DNA from: a bacterium
GTDB lineage: Bacteria > UBA8248
NCBI GenBank assembly: GCA_965204535.1
Contig: OZ241996.1
Span: 1,440,001 to 1,504,000, forward strand
DNA length: 64,000 bases
Direction of reading: 5' to 3'
The translations under genes and the position numbers were made by a program. This document shows, one piece after another, positions 38,896 through 49,347 of this stretch (position 1 is its first letter; each line of letters starts with the position of its first letter). Below the pieces are notes generated by a model. That model was not told the DNA's origin, searched no databases, and saw nothing but the letters and a program-made list of their open reading frames with translations.

Positions 38896-39771
38896 CTAAC
38901 GGTCCTTCCCCTCATATACTTCCACCACGCGCGCGCAGTCATCCTCCGCCCAGCCTGCCTCTTGCGCACGACGGAACATCGTCAGTCCAGCTTCCGCTAA
39001 AGTCGCATCAAATCCTTTTTCTCTCGCGAGGTCAACGCAGAGGCCGAGATCTTTCACATATATGCTCAAGGCGCCGTGAGGTGTGAAATCGCGCGCGAGT
39101 ATTTTTTCTCCCTTGAGGTCCAGGAGAACTCCTGCCGCTGCCCCCGAACGCAGACAGGACATGATCGTATCGTGCGACAAGCCCGAGCGCTCGCCCAGGA
39201 GCAATCCCTCTGTCAGCAAAGCGACGCCCGCGTTCACGATCAAGTTCGTCACCAGCTTCATGGAACACCCCGTTCCGTTGGGCCCGGTATGGAGGACGCT
39301 TTTGGCCAGGGGTTCGATGATGGGCTTGATGCGCTCGAAAATTTCTTTCTTCCCGCCCACCATGTAAGCCAGCGTTCTCGACTCCACGTGCGGCACGGTT
39401 CCCGAGACGGGAGCATCGACCATCTCCACGCTTCTGGTTTCGAGCGCACTCGCCAAATCAGCCGACCATGTCGGGTTCATCGTGCTCATCTCGATCAGGA
39501 TGAGGCCTTTCTTGCCCGCAGCGGCGATCCCTTCCGGCCCGATGGTGTTCATCTCGATGTGTTCTGGCTTGAGCAGCATGGTGAAAACGACGTCCGAACG
39601 CTCGGCCACCTCTTTTGCGTTCGCGCAAGGGGTTCCGCCTGCTTCCCGCAACTGCTCCATGCGCGCAGGATCGACGTCGAAGCCCGACACCTCATGGCCA
39701 TCGGCCAGGAGATTTTGGGTCAACGGCGTTCCCATCTTGCCCAGACCGATGAATCCCAGTTTCTCACCCAT
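38896..39771 (-). CDS. Beta-hydroxyacid dehydrogenase family (3-hydroxyisobutyrate dehydrogenase-like)
   Basis: GFIGLGKMG, DAPVSG, KLVTN, KDL motifs. Confidence 0.92.
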   Translation of the reverse strand: MGEKLGFIGLGKMGTPLTQNLLADGHEVSGFDVDPARMEQLREAGGTPCANAKEVAERSDVVFTMLLKPEHIEMNTIGPEGIAAAGKKGLILIEMSTMNPTWSADLASALETRSVEMVDAPVSGTVPHVESRTLAYMVGGKKEIFERIKPIIEPLAKSVLHTGPNGTGCSMKLVTNLIVNAGVALLTEGLLLGERSGLSHDTIMSCLRSGAAAGVLLDLKGEKILARDFTPHGALSIYVKDLGLCVDLAREKGFDATLAEAGLTMFRRAQEAGWAEDDCARVVEVYEGKDR

Positions 39772-39927
39772 GCTTCGTCTCGCCTCCCGATATGGAAAGA
39801 AAAAAATTGATATGCTTTACCCGGTTCCTTTCACCCTCGGATAGGGCGTAGAATAGAAAAGCGTTGCATTTTAGTCGGACCAATTCATTTTCCGCATTCA
39901 ACCAGACAATGCCTGGAGAGGAAACCA

Positions 39928-41004
39928 ATGTCAGCCATTCCCCTGCTCTCTTTGCATCAGGCGGCAGACGCCGAGTTCATTGAAGAAACGGGATGGCGAA
40001 TCCCCGCATCGTATGGAGACGCGGTAGCCGAGCATCTCGCTTGCAGAGAAAGCGCCGTCGCAATCGACCTGTCCCACCGGGGCAACCTCTGCTTCAGCGG
40101 CCCCGACACCGAAGAATTTCTCCACCGGATGCTTTCCAACCGCGTGAAAGAACTGATGCCCGGCGAGGGTGCGTACAACACCTTCCTGACGCGACAGGGA
40201 AAGTTTATCTCCGATCTGTATATGTACAAATCCGAAACATTTGTCGTCGCCTCGGTGGCTCCCGGAACGGCGGATACGCTCGCCGAGGAGATCGACAGGT
40301 TTATCATCATGGATCAGGTGGAAGTGGCGAACGAGACGGAAAACTCGTTTTGCTTCGGTCTTTTCGGTCCCGAATCACGGGAGATCATCGCTGAAGCGGG
40401 CATGGGCGAGCCCTCTCCCGAGGAACACGGCCATACGACTTCGGGCAACATGATGATAGCGCGGGAGCTATGGACGGGGGAAGACGGCTACCTCCTCATG
40501 GGGCCTCGCGAGAACGCGGATTCCGCTTGGCGCGCATTGTCGGACGCGGGGGCGAAACCGGCGGGCGTCGCGGCGTTCGAATCGCTCACTTTGGAGGCCG
40601 GTGTGCCCTTGTTCGGCAAGGACATGACCTCGGCCGTCAACCCCATGCAGGCGGGGCTCGAGGAAAAGGCCATCGACTTCGAGAAGGGTTGCTACATCGG
40701 GCAGGAAGTCATCGCCAAGATCAAGTACCTGGGCCAGGTGAATCGCGGGCTCGTGGGGCTTAAAGTCAGCGGTGAAACCACGCCCGAGGCGGGAGCCGCC
40801 GTCCATTCCGATGAGAAAAAAATCGGTTCCATCACCCGCTCCGCATATTGCCCGACGGTCGACGCCGTTTTGGCTTTTTCCTATCTCCCGCGCGCCCAGA
40901 TGGAGCCTGGCACCGAGGTAAGAGTCGCTTGCCGGGGCGACGACGCGAAGGCGACGGTCGAGAGTCTGCCCTTCTATCGGAAAGAAATGGAAGGCGTCCG
41001 ATGA
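39928..41004 (+). CDS. ygfZ: YgfZ/GcvT-like folate-binding protein
   Basis: DLSHRG and KGCYIGQE signature. Confidence 0.85.
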   Translation: MSAIPLLSLHQAADAEFIEETGWRIPASYGDAVAEHLACRESAVAIDLSHRGNLCFSGPDTEEFLHRMLSNRVKELMPGEGAYNTFLTRQGKFISDLYMYKSETFVVASVAPGTADTLAEEIDRFIIMDQVEVANETENSFCFGLFGPESREIIAEAGMGEPSPEEHGHTTSGNMMIARELWTGEDGYLLMGPRENADSAWRALSDAGAKPAGVAAFESLTLEAGVPLFGKDMTSAVNPMQAGLEEKAIDFEKGCYIGQEVIAKIKYLGQVNRGLVGLKVSGETTPEAGAAVHSDEKKIGSITRSAYCPTVDAVLAFSYLPRAQMEPGTEVRVACRGDDAKATVESLPFYRKEMEGVR

Positions 41005-41205
41005 GGAGGAGGATTCGACAATTCCCGAAAATCCGCGCGGCGGATGAAGTGAAAGAGACCTCGGTTTGCTTTTGACTTCTATCATTACGCGAGGCATATT
41101 GCGGCCTCCTTTGGGCAAATTTTAACGGGATTTGCAACGACTTCAGGCGCATATACCGCCGCGAAAAATCTTCAGGAAACGTCGATTCCCGGGAGGAAGC
41201 AACAC

Positions 41206-42840
41206 ATGGCGTCAACCAAGGAGGGGGGAAAGGCAGCCTCCTCACCTGCGAAAATAGGGACGGCAAAGACATTCGGCCTCCATAAAATGGGCCTCAAGAA
41301 CGTCGGCAAGGTGTACCGAAATCTCCCCATTCCTACACTAAACGAAATGGCGGTCGCGCGAGGCGAAGGATTCCTCGCTCCCAACGGCGCGCTTGTCGTC
41401 CACACGGGGAAATTCTCGGGCCGCTCGCCCAAGGACAAGTTCACCGTGGATCAGGACCCCTCCAACAAGAAGATATGGTGGGGGCCCATCAACCAGAAGA
41501 TATCCACCGAAAACTGGGACAACATTTTTCAAAAAATCGCCAGCTACGCCCAACAGCGCGACCTTTTCATTTTCGACGGTTTCGTGGGCAACGACCGGAG
41601 ATACAAACTCCCCGTGCGCGTCATCTCCGAACTGGCGTGGCATTCGATGTTCTGCCAAACGCTGCTCGTCCGCCCCGAGCCAGGCGAACTCGACAACCAT
41701 AAAAATCCCTTCACGGTCATCGACATGGGCAGGTTTCTCGGAGCGGGCCCGGCGGAAGGACTCCGGCAGGAGAACTTCACGCTGGTGAACTTCGAGAAAA
41801 ACATGGCGCTCATCGGCGGTTCCGAATACGCCGGCGAGATGAAGAAATCCGCCTTTTTCATCATGAACTACCTGCTCCCGCAACAAGGCGTTTTCCCGAT
41901 GCACTGTTCGGCGAACATGGGCCACAAGGGGGACACCGCTCTTTTCTTCGGCCTCTCCGGCACGGGCAAGACCACATTGTCCGCAGATACGAACCGAAAG
42001 CTCATCGGCGACGACGAACACGGGTGGTCGGATTCGGGCATCTTCAATTTCGAGGGCGGGTGCTACGCGAAAACCATCAACTTGACGCGGGAGAAAGAAC
42101 CCCAGATTTGGGACGCCATCCGCTTCGGCTCCGTCCTTGAGAACGTCATCGTCGACCCGCTGACGCGGGAGATCGATTACGACGACATGTCGATCACCGA
42201 AAACACGCGCGCCACATATCCCAACCACTTCATCGACAACTGCGTGCTATCGGGCATGGGGGGGCATCCGAAGAACGTCTTCTTTCTCACATGCGACGCT
42301 TTCGGCGTCCTGCCCCCCATCAGCAGGCTCACGCCCGAGCAGGCCGCCTACCATTTCCTCTCCGGCTATACGGCGAAAGTGGCGGGCACCGAGGCGGGCG
42401 TCGATGAGCCGATGGCCACGTTCAGCAGTTGTTTCGGCGCGCCTTTCCTGGCCTTGCACCCCGCCGAATACGGAGAAATGCTCAAGGAGAGACTCAAAAA
42501 ACACGACGCGCAGGTCTGGCTCGTCAACACGGGCTGGATCGGCGGGGCAGCCGGCGAGGTCGACAGGATGCCGCTGCACCATACGCGCGCGCTCCTGACG
42601 GCCGCCATGACGGGCGAACTGGCCAAGGTTCCCACCCAGGACGTGCCGATATTCGAACTCCATGTTCCTACAAGCTGCCCCGGGGTGCCGAAGAAATACA
42701 TGATCCCCAGAAACCTTTGGAGAAGCAAGAAAAAATACGACGAGAAAATACGCGAGCTCGCCGGAGCGTTCCGGGAGAATTTCGAGCAGTTCGCAGATCG
42801 GGTGACGCCGGACGTCGCGGCGGCCGGCCCCAAAATCTAG
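41206..42840 (+). CDS. pckA: Phosphoenolpyruvate carboxykinase (ATP)
   Basis: GRSPKDKF, YAGEMKK, FGLSGTGKTTLS, LIGDDEHGW, EGGCYAK, NTGW. Confidence 0.97.
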   Translation: MASTKEGGKAASSPAKIGTAKTFGLHKMGLKNVGKVYRNLPIPTLNEMAVARGEGFLAPNGALVVHTGKFSGRSPKDKFTVDQDPSNKKIWWGPINQKISTENWDNIFQKIASYAQQRDLFIFDGFVGNDRRYKLPVRVISELAWHSMFCQTLLVRPEPGELDNHKNPFTVIDMGRFLGAGPAEGLRQENFTLVNFEKNMALIGGSEYAGEMKKSAFFIMNYLLPQQGVFPMHCSANMGHKGDTALFFGLSGTGKTTLSADTNRKLIGDDEHGWSDSGIFNFEGGCYAKTINLTREKEPQIWDAIRFGSVLENVIVDPLTREIDYDDMSITENTRATYPNHFIDNCVLSGMGGHPKNVFFLTCDAFGVLPPISRLTPEQAAYHFLSGYTAKVAGTEAGVDEPMATFSSCFGAPFLALHPAEYGEMLKERLKKHDAQVWLVNTGWIGGAAGEVDRMPLHHTRALLTAAMTGELAKVPTQDVPIFELHVPTSCPGVPKKYMIPRNLWRSKKKYDEKIRELAGAFRENFEQFADRVTPDVAAAGPKI

Positions 42841-42888
42841 GCGTTTATACCAGATATATTCACTCCCCGTTCAAAAGGAGGTATTCCG

Positions 42889-43074
42889 ATGCCCGTTGTT
42901 CAGGTAAGCCTGCTGTCAGGAAGATCGAAAGATCAGAAAAAGGCGATGGCGGATGAAATTACCGAGACCGTCCACAAGCATTCAGGCGCCCCGAAAGACG
43001 TCATCACGGTGATATTCCAGGACGTCGGGACGGATTCCTGGGCAGCGGGCGGGACTCTCTTTGAAGACCGATAG
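42889..43074 (+). CDS. 4-oxalocrotonate tautomerase family protein
   Basis: 61 aa, catalytic Pro1, GRS.DQK, W..GG. Confidence 0.9.
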   Translation: MPVVQVSLLSGRSKDQKKAMADEITETVHKHSGAPKDVITVIFQDVGTDSWAAGGTLFEDR

Positions 43075-43107
43075 CGGCTGTATTCCTTTAATGGAGGAGG
43101 GATAGAG

Positions 43108-43965
43108 ATGAGCGCCGACAACTTCAGGCTCGCACTCGTGCAACCGATGGGGTATCCCCCGCCGGACGATGAAAAAAACGTGGCCGACGCGGTCCGCTAC
43201 GTGGAAGACGCCGCCGCGCAGGGGGCCGATTTCGTCGCCTTCCCCGAATCGTATCCGGGTCCATGGCGGATGCCGGCGACGTTCGACCCCACCGAGGCGA
43301 TGGAGGAAGTGGCCAAGCGCTGCGGCGTTTATGTCCAATACGGAACGCTCGAACCGCTGGACAACGAGAAGAAGACGGCCCACAACCTGCTGAACCTCGC
43401 CCGCCCCACGGGCGGCGCATCGGGGCGCTACCGCAGGACCCATCCGCCCGGCCCCTGGATATACACGGGCGGCGGCATCTGGGAGTTTCAGTACGTCGCA
43501 GGGAACGAGTACCCCGTTTTCGAGACCCAGTACGGCCAGGTCGGCATGGCGATGTGCAGCGAGGTCTACATGCCCGAGGTGACGCGCGCGCTCTCGCTGC
43601 GCGGGGCGGAAATCATCTTCCTGCCCGCGGGCGTGGACAAGAAGAGGCTGTGGGGCACTTGGCGGAACCTCATCTGGTCGCGCGCGATCGAAAACCTCGC
43701 GGTCGTCATCACCACGCAGAACCTCTTCGACAAGAGCCAGCGCGGCCTGGCGATGGTGGCGACGCCCGAGGAAGTCATTTTCGAGAGCACGAAGGCCGGC
43801 ATGTTCATGGTCGACGTGGATCTGGAGAGAATGCGCGAGCTTCGCGAGCAAAACGACGAGGTGACCTCATCGGGGCAAAACGCGGCCAAGGCCGGTGTGC
43901 TGAAGCAGTGGCAACGGCCCGAGTTGTACGACAAGTTCTTCCCAAAAGAAGGCGCGGCCAGTTAA
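43108..43965 (+). CDS. Carbon-nitrogen hydrolase (nitrilase superfamily)
   Basis: FPE, YRRTH, MCSE..MPE, RAIEN motifs. Confidence 0.88.
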   Translation: MSADNFRLALVQPMGYPPPDDEKNVADAVRYVEDAAAQGADFVAFPESYPGPWRMPATFDPTEAMEEVAKRCGVYVQYGTLEPLDNEKKTAHNLLNLARPTGGASGRYRRTHPPGPWIYTGGGIWEFQYVAGNEYPVFETQYGQVGMAMCSEVYMPEVTRALSLRGAEIIFLPAGVDKKRLWGTWRNLIWSRAIENLAVVITTQNLFDKSQRGLAMVATPEEVIFESTKAGMFMVDVDLERMRELREQNDEVTSSGQNAAKAGVLKQWQRPELYDKFFPKEGAAS

Positions 43966-44033
43966 TGACGCATCCACCCCCGGGGCGCAGGTCCGGGGGT
44001 CGATGCGCAAACATTTCCTGCTAGAAGATACGA

Positions 44034-44537
44034 ATGTCGAACACCTATTTCTGGCTTCTTTACGTCCATATACTGGCGGCATGTCTGTATGAGGGCGCGC
44101 TGGTCTTCTTCTGGCTCCTCATGGGGCACTTGAGGCGCAGGCTATCTCCCGAAGAATATGCGGGCGAGATCATCTCCATCCTGCGTTTCTACCACCCCTT
44201 CGTGCTCATCTGCATGGGCGTGCTCATCATGACGGGCGCGTGGTATCTGACGGGTCTCAAGATGGCGATGGGGCCTGCATTCGGGAAACTCTTTGTTCCA
44301 TTGGGACTTAAGCTACTGACGGTTTTCCTGATGATGATGGGGATCAGCTTCCAGTTCTTCGCCGTGGGACTCAGGCTCACGCGGGGGACGGGACCCGCCG
44401 GAAACGGGCGTCCCATAGGCGATACGACGGATGAGCGGGTGAAATTATTGAGGACGCTCGAACACGTGAACCTCGGGAACGCCGTGCTCGCCCTGTTCGC
44501 CATCTTCTTCGGTCTTGCGCTCAACAAGGGTTTTTAG
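44034..44537 (+). CDS. Membrane hypothetical protein (CopD/DUF2269-like four-helix topology)
   Basis: HILAA, TG, LKL pattern and four hydrophobic helices. Confidence 0.65.
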   Translation: MSNTYFWLLYVHILAACLYEGALVFFWLLMGHLRRRLSPEEYAGEIISILRFYHPFVLICMGVLIMTGAWYLTGLKMAMGPAFGKLFVPLGLKLLTVFLMMMGISFQFFAVGLRLTRGTGPAGNGRPIGDTTDERVKLLRTLEHVNLGNAVLALFAIFFGLALNKGF

Positions 44538-44660
44538 ACAGATATTTGCGATGCGTAATTAAAGTAACGCTTCATATATTTTTCGCTGATTTTATTTATC
44601 GCAAAACCCCGTGAATTTATCCAATTTTATCGAATTTTTCAGAAATGATGAGGGTGTCCC

Positions 44661-45392
44661 ATGGCGACGGAACGAGAACTCGCGAGCGCGGCGAACAGGC
44701 GCCCGGCAGGCGGCGCAGAAGTCACGCCTCGCCGCTGGGAGGATTTCTCGGGCGTCGCGCTCTCGAGCCCAAGAACCTCTCTCGAACCCGTCGATGCCGA
44801 TCGCGACGCGGCCGGCATCTTCCGCGCGGCGACCATGGGCGAAGATACCGATCGGATATTCGATTACATGAACGTGGGCCCCTTCTCCACGGAAGCGCAG
44901 GTGCATGACCTCCTGGTGGAGCGGCAAGCCTCGCAGGACCCGGCCTTCGTCGTCTACCGCGACAACGAGACGGGCCGCCTCGGCGGGATGGGCAGTTTTA
45001 TGGAAATCCGCGCCCATATCGGGGTCGCCGAAATCGGCCACATCTGGTTCGGCCGCACATGGCAGCGAGACGTGCGGGCCACGGAAGTCCTCTCCCTCAA
45101 GATGCGCCACGTTCTCGACACCCTGGGCTACCGCCGCCTGGAATGGAAGTGCGACGCCTTAAACGCCGCTTCACGCGCGGCGGCCCTGCGCCTGGGTTTC
45201 CGCTACGAAGGGATATTCCTGAACCACATGATCGTCAAGGGACGCAGCCGCGACACCGCCTGGTTCTCCCTCACGGGGGAGGAATGGCCCGGCGTGCGCG
45301 ATGCCCACGACCGCTGGCTCGCGCCTGAGAATTTCGACGCCGCCGGCCGCCAGAGATGCGCCCTGAGCGACCTCACCCGCGCGCTCTGGTGA
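44661..45392 (+). CDS. GNAT N-acetyltransferase (RimJ/RimL type)
   Basis: EIGHIW, LGYRRLEWKCDALN..S..AA.RLGF.YEG, RDTAWFS. Confidence 0.92.
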   Translation: MATERELASAANRRPAGGAEVTPRRWEDFSGVALSSPRTSLEPVDADRDAAGIFRAATMGEDTDRIFDYMNVGPFSTEAQVHDLLVERQASQDPAFVVYRDNETGRLGGMGSFMEIRAHIGVAEIGHIWFGRTWQRDVRATEVLSLKMRHVLDTLGYRRLEWKCDALNAASRAAALRLGFRYEGIFLNHMIVKGRSRDTAWFSLTGEEWPGVRDAHDRWLAPENFDAAGRQRCALSDLTRALW

Positions 45393-45429
45393 GAGATGCT
45401 TTCCCCTTCTCCAGACTATCCGCAACCCT

Positions 45430-45457
45430 GTAGGGACAGGTCGCGACATGTCCCTGC
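45430..45457. repeat. Single GTAG REP-like palindrome
   Basis: gtagggacaggtcgcgacatgtccctgc between convergent genes. Confidence 0.65.
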
Positions 45458-45552
45458 TTTCATGGTGCAATTCACTTCGGAAATGCCGTCTCTGGAGCAA
45501 GATCGATGTGTATTCGCTTACTTTTGACGCAAGGAGCCGGCCCTTTGTTACA

Positions 45553-46395
45553 TCAAGTCGAATGGGGCGGCTGGGCGGCGCAACGGAAACCGATGTAGGC
45601 GTGGCCCGTCGCCTGCCTGCCGGGCATCACGACTTCCCGGTTCGTTGCCGTCATGCCGTCCGGCAGGCTTGCCGAATTGCCGCCCCGCACGACGCGTCCA
45701 TCGACTGCACTCAGCTTCTCGCGCCCGTCCTTTGGCTCGTAGGGATACGCCATCGCCAGAGAAGTCGTCCACTCCCATACCTGCCCCGCCATGTCGTTCA
45801 CGCCGTACGGGCTCGCGCCCCTGGGGTAGCTGCCCGCGACCGCCGTCTGCCCCCGGTAGTCTCCCAGGAACAGATATTCCCCCGACGGCTTCCGGTCTCC
45901 CCACGGGTAGAGGCGGCCGTCGGTTCCGCGCGCCGCCTTTTCCCACTGCGCCTCGGTGGGCAGCTTCTTCCTCTTCCATCGGCAGTAGGCCAGGGCGCCG
46001 CCCCAGGCCATCTCGCCCGCCGGGAATTTTTCAAAACCCTTCTCGACGACCCAGCCGTCGCCTTGGGAGACGATCTTGGCGTCGGGGTCGTCGGTATCGA
46101 GATACATCTCCCCCTGGGGCCCGGCGGGGCCTTTCTCCTTGATGAAGGGGAGGTAATCCGCCCACGTCACCAGGTTCCGGTCGATGTAATAAGCGGGCAG
46201 AAACACGCGGTGCGCGGGCTTTTCCTCATCGGGGCCGTCGTTGCGCCCCATCGTGAAAGGGCCGGCGGGGATGAGCACCATCCCTGCGTACCTGCCCTTG
46301 CCCATCTTGGGGGCGGCGGCGTGAGCCGTTTCTACAAAAGCCGCCGCCAGCAGGATCAAAACGAGCACCCAGATGCTGAGCGTTTTATTCATCAC
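45553..46395 (-). CDS. Secreted FGE-sulfatase (SUMF1-like) domain protein
   Basis: Signal peptide, LPTEAQWEKAARG, DMAGQVWEW, IGFRC. Confidence 0.88.
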   Translation of the reverse strand: MMNKTLSIWVLVLILLAAAFVETAHAAAPKMGKGRYAGMVLIPAGPFTMGRNDGPDEEKPAHRVFLPAYYIDRNLVTWADYLPFIKEKGPAGPQGEMYLDTDDPDAKIVSQGDGWVVEKGFEKFPAGEMAWGGALAYCRWKRKKLPTEAQWEKAARGTDGRLYPWGDRKPSGEYLFLGDYRGQTAVAGSYPRGASPYGVNDMAGQVWEWTTSLAMAYPYEPKDGREKLSAVDGRVVRGGNSASLPDGMTATNREVVMPGRQATGHAYIGFRCAAQPPHST

Positions 46396-46515
46396 GCGCG
46401 CAACCCTCGAAAAGTGGATTTCCGGGGATTATAGTGGAAAGCGGTTGGAAAAACCGCACAGGGATCCAGCAAGAGTTCCCCTCGCATAACGAGATCGAGA
46501 CCCTCCAATGAGTTT

Positions 46516-46652
46516 CGTCATTCCGGCGAAAACCGGAATCCATTTGCCTTTCGTTTTTATACCGTTGTTTCCAGCCCGAGCATCGAGAAAAGAGAATGCC
46601 GCAATATGCGCGCCCCGTCTCTTTTTGGATTCCGGCTTTCGCCGGAATGACG
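46516..46652. repeat. Palindromic miniature element (inverted pair of hairpins)
   Basis: cgtcattccggcgaaaaccggaatcca ... tggattccggctttcgccggaatgacg. Confidence 0.8.
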
Positions 46653-46718
46653 GCGGCGGGGTTCTGCATCGCCGGAAGGGTGCAGGAGTCACATACGGGG
46701 CCGCGCGCGAACAACCCC

Positions 46719-47438
46719 CTACCCATCCTGCGGCGGCCAGATGCGGCTTGCCGCCAGTGGCGAGCCGGGGGGATGGACGAGATACCCGTGCACGCGCTTC
46801 GTCCCTTCGGTCTCTTCGAGCGCGATGTAGTTCGCCTCGCGCGCCTCTAAAGACGTGTATTCATACAGAACGGAATGCTTGGGCGAAGCCGTGGCCACCA
46901 GGTATTTCCTCGCGCCCATGCAGCCGGGCGTGTCCGCAACCCGCGCCATGCGCTCCTGGGCGTACCAGGCCTGGAGGTCCTCATCGTTGCCCCCCGCATC
47001 GTAGCGGCCCATCTGGATCGCGGGCGCCATGACGTCGGGGGCCTCCCTCTCGCCCGCGTCCGGGCCTTCCACCCGCCACTCCTCGCAAAGGATGAGTCCC
47101 CTCGCCTGAATCCGCATCCCCGTCATCGCCCGGGTCTCCTGGTTCTGGCGCTCTTTCAGCTGCACCGGACTCGGATCGTAGAAAACGCGGGTGGTCTCCC
47201 CGCCGAAGAGCGCGATGAATCCCGCGCCCGATGCGAGAGCAGGATCGTCGGTGCGGTTCAGGCGCGCAGCGATTTGCTCGAAGCGTTCGCCGGGGTGTTT
47301 CACCTCGTAGTGCGCCGCCCAGACGTAGCCGGGACGCGAGAGCTTTTCGGGGATGTGCACCCCGTGGAACCATTCCATGTACTCATCGCGCCCCTCCTCG
47401 GGCAGATCGTAGATGATCGCCCACACCGCCCTGTCCAT
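46719..47438 (-). CDS. Hypothetical protein with two dimeric alpha-beta-barrel (EthD/DUF4286-like) repeats
   Basis: EWFHGVHIPEKLSRPG and AWYAQERMARVADTPG internal repeats. Confidence 0.65.
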   Translation of the reverse strand: MDRAVWAIIYDLPEEGRDEYMEWFHGVHIPEKLSRPGYVWAAHYEVKHPGERFEQIAARLNRTDDPALASGAGFIALFGGETTRVFYDPSPVQLKERQNQETRAMTGMRIQARGLILCEEWRVEGPDAGEREAPDVMAPAIQMGRYDAGGNDEDLQAWYAQERMARVADTPGCMGARKYLVATASPKHSVLYEYTSLEAREANYIALEETEGTKRVHGYLVHPPGSPLAASRIWPPQDG

Positions 47439-47509
47439 GTCCCGCCTCCGTTTACGAAAAAATGATTTGTGGATGAAGATAATGCGAAGGCCACCGGTTT
47501 CGCCTCACC

Positions 47510-47857
47510 CTACACTCCCGACGCCTCTGGTTTTCGAGCCACTTCCTTCAGGTCCTGCTGAGTAAAGAGGGTCTTGCAGACCTTGTCCATGTGCGCCTTG
47601 AGCGGCGGATAGGTCGTCAGTTCGTAACTTTTCACGTCCACACTGAACGGCAGATTGCTCTCATGAAACATGGTCCAGAGGCGATCGATCTGCTTTTCTT
47701 TGATACCGCCTCGCAGTGCCAGGTCGACGTCCGAATTCGGGCGATAGTCGCCCGTGGCGCGTGAACCGAACAGTTCGACCGAGGCGATCTCCTCGGCGTA
47801 GAGCGCCAGAATTTGTTTCAAAACCGCGAGCTGGCGGTCCGAGAGTCCGTGGTTCAT
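47510..47857 (-). CDS. Minimal nucleotidyltransferase (MNT) antitoxin
   Basis: LFGSRA.G...SDVDL motif; 4-bp overlap with the HEPN gene. Confidence 0.88.
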   Translation of the reverse strand: MNHGLSDRQLAVLKQILALYAEEIASVELFGSRATGDYRPNSDVDLALRGGIKEKQIDRLWTMFHESNLPFSVDVKSYELTTYPPLKAHMDKVCKTLFTQQDLKEVARKPEASGV

Positions 47858-48279
47858 GGCCGCTCCCCGCTTTTATCAAGAAACAGGATGTGCAATGCGT
47901 CGAAGGCGCGAAGGTAGTCTTTTCTGATCTCTTCGATGACGGCTTCGAACCTTTTGAGGTCATAATTGTGCGACATCTTGTTGCGCGCATCGAGTGCGTC
48001 CATCCACGTTTGTCCATCCCCCAGCAGATTCGCTTCGAAGGCTTTCCGTATGACGGCTCTGGGCGTTACCTGCTCAAAAGCGACATTCTCACTCTCCAGA
48101 TAGTCCTTCATGAGGTTCCAGGCAAGTTCGGTCGTATATTCAAACCGCTGGATGATCCCTTCTTTTTCAAGCTGGCTCGGTTCCCTTTCGTCCATCATTT
48201 CGATGGCCTCGCGCAGCAGGGAAAATGCGCGCTTGTAATTCTCGAATCGGTATCGCCAGCGCGGGGTGTCGTCGTTCAC
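47854..48279 (-). CDS. HEPN toxin (HI0074-type nucleotidyltransferase substrate-binding family)
   Basis: IQRFEYT.ELAW and RNKMSH (RX4H) motifs. Confidence 0.9.
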   Translation of the reverse strand: MNDDTPRWRYRFENYKRAFSLLREAIEMMDEREPSQLEKEGIIQRFEYTTELAWNLMKDYLESENVAFEQVTPRAVIRKAFEANLLGDGQTWMDALDARNKMSHNYDLKRFEAVIEEIRKDYLRAFDALHILFLDKSGERP

Positions 48280-48479
48280 CGGGCTTTCCTCTCTCTTGAG
48301 CGTTCGTGGAGCCTAGACGTATATCCAGCTTGTGCGCACAACGAAACAACATGCTTCACGGGATGGTGCGCGTCAAGTATATTACTTTTCCGCGTTTCGC
48401 TATTTCATGACGCGAGGACTCCTGCCGACGTTCATTGAACAGGGGCCGTCCGCGTCCAAAACCTGGAGTTTATTCACCC

Positions 48480-49109
48480 ATGATATATGAAGTTCGCGCT
48501 TACACGTTCCCCTCAGGATTCGCTCAAGAAGGCGTGGAGGATTTCGGCAGAATCATCGAGAAACGAGCCGCGATATCCCCTTTAATCGGGTTTTTCATCT
48601 CCGCGATCGGGGGGCTGAACCGGATTCTCCACATCTGGGAGTACGAGAACTCCGCCCACCGGGAACAAGCGCGCGCCGAAGCCCTCGCCCAGCCGTGGTG
48701 GCCGCCGCTCCAGGTGGATAAGATCCTCTACCAGCAAACGCGCATCATGCGGGCGGCGCCGTTTTGTCCCAAGCCGCGGACGGGAGCGATGGGAAGCGTA
48801 TACGAGATCAGGAGCGACGTGATGCTCACGGGCAAGATGCGGGACATCAGCGCGGCGTGGGAGAAGAATCTGCCCGCACGGGAGCGCCTCTCGCCCCTGG
48901 CGGCGGCGTTCGCCAACCCGGCGGGAGAGTTCGAATCCGGCATCCTGAACGAGTTTCTGCACATCTGGCCCTACCGGGACATGAACCACTGGGCCGAAGT
49001 CCAACGGCAGGCCGAGGAACTTCCCGACTGGGGAAAAAGTTACAGGCCTTATCTTCGGAGCGAGACTTCTGAAATCTGGTATCCGGTGGCGTATTCGCCC
49101 ATGAAATAG
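48480..49109 (+). CDS. NIPSNAP family protein (two domains)
   Basis: IYE.R.Y ... G.LN..LHIW.Y repeated twice; ends YSPMK. Confidence 0.85.
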   Translation: MIYEVRAYTFPSGFAQEGVEDFGRIIEKRAAISPLIGFFISAIGGLNRILHIWEYENSAHREQARAEALAQPWWPPLQVDKILYQQTRIMRAAPFCPKPRTGAMGSVYEIRSDVMLTGKMRDISAAWEKNLPARERLSPLAAAFANPAGEFESGILNEFLHIWPYRDMNHWAEVQRQAEELPDWGKSYRPYLRSETSEIWYPVAYSPMK

Positions 49110-49149
49110 CGGGGACCGCATTCGCGACCCCCGCCGGGTGATGGATAAA

Positions 49150-49224
49150 TGGAGCGGGAAACGGGATTTGAACCCGCGACCCCAACGTTGGCAACGTTGT
49201 GCTCTACCACTGAGCTATTCCCGC
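49150..49224 (-). tRNA. tRNA-Gly(GCC)
   Basis: Minus strand GCGGGAATAGCTCAGTGGTAGAGCA-CAACG-TTGCCAA-CGTTG-GGGTCGCGGGTTCAAATCCCGTTTCCCGCTCCA; cloverleaf with encoded CCA. Confidence 0.97.
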
Positions 49225-49347
49225 TTACAACCCCAAAAAGTTTACCCGACTCGCATCAAGAGTCAAGGGCTTCAGCGATTTGTCCTGAGTCATCCCGGTT
49301 ATGCGGGGTTGTTGAAAAGGCCCCTCGTCAACCGGGTTCGGCGCGTA

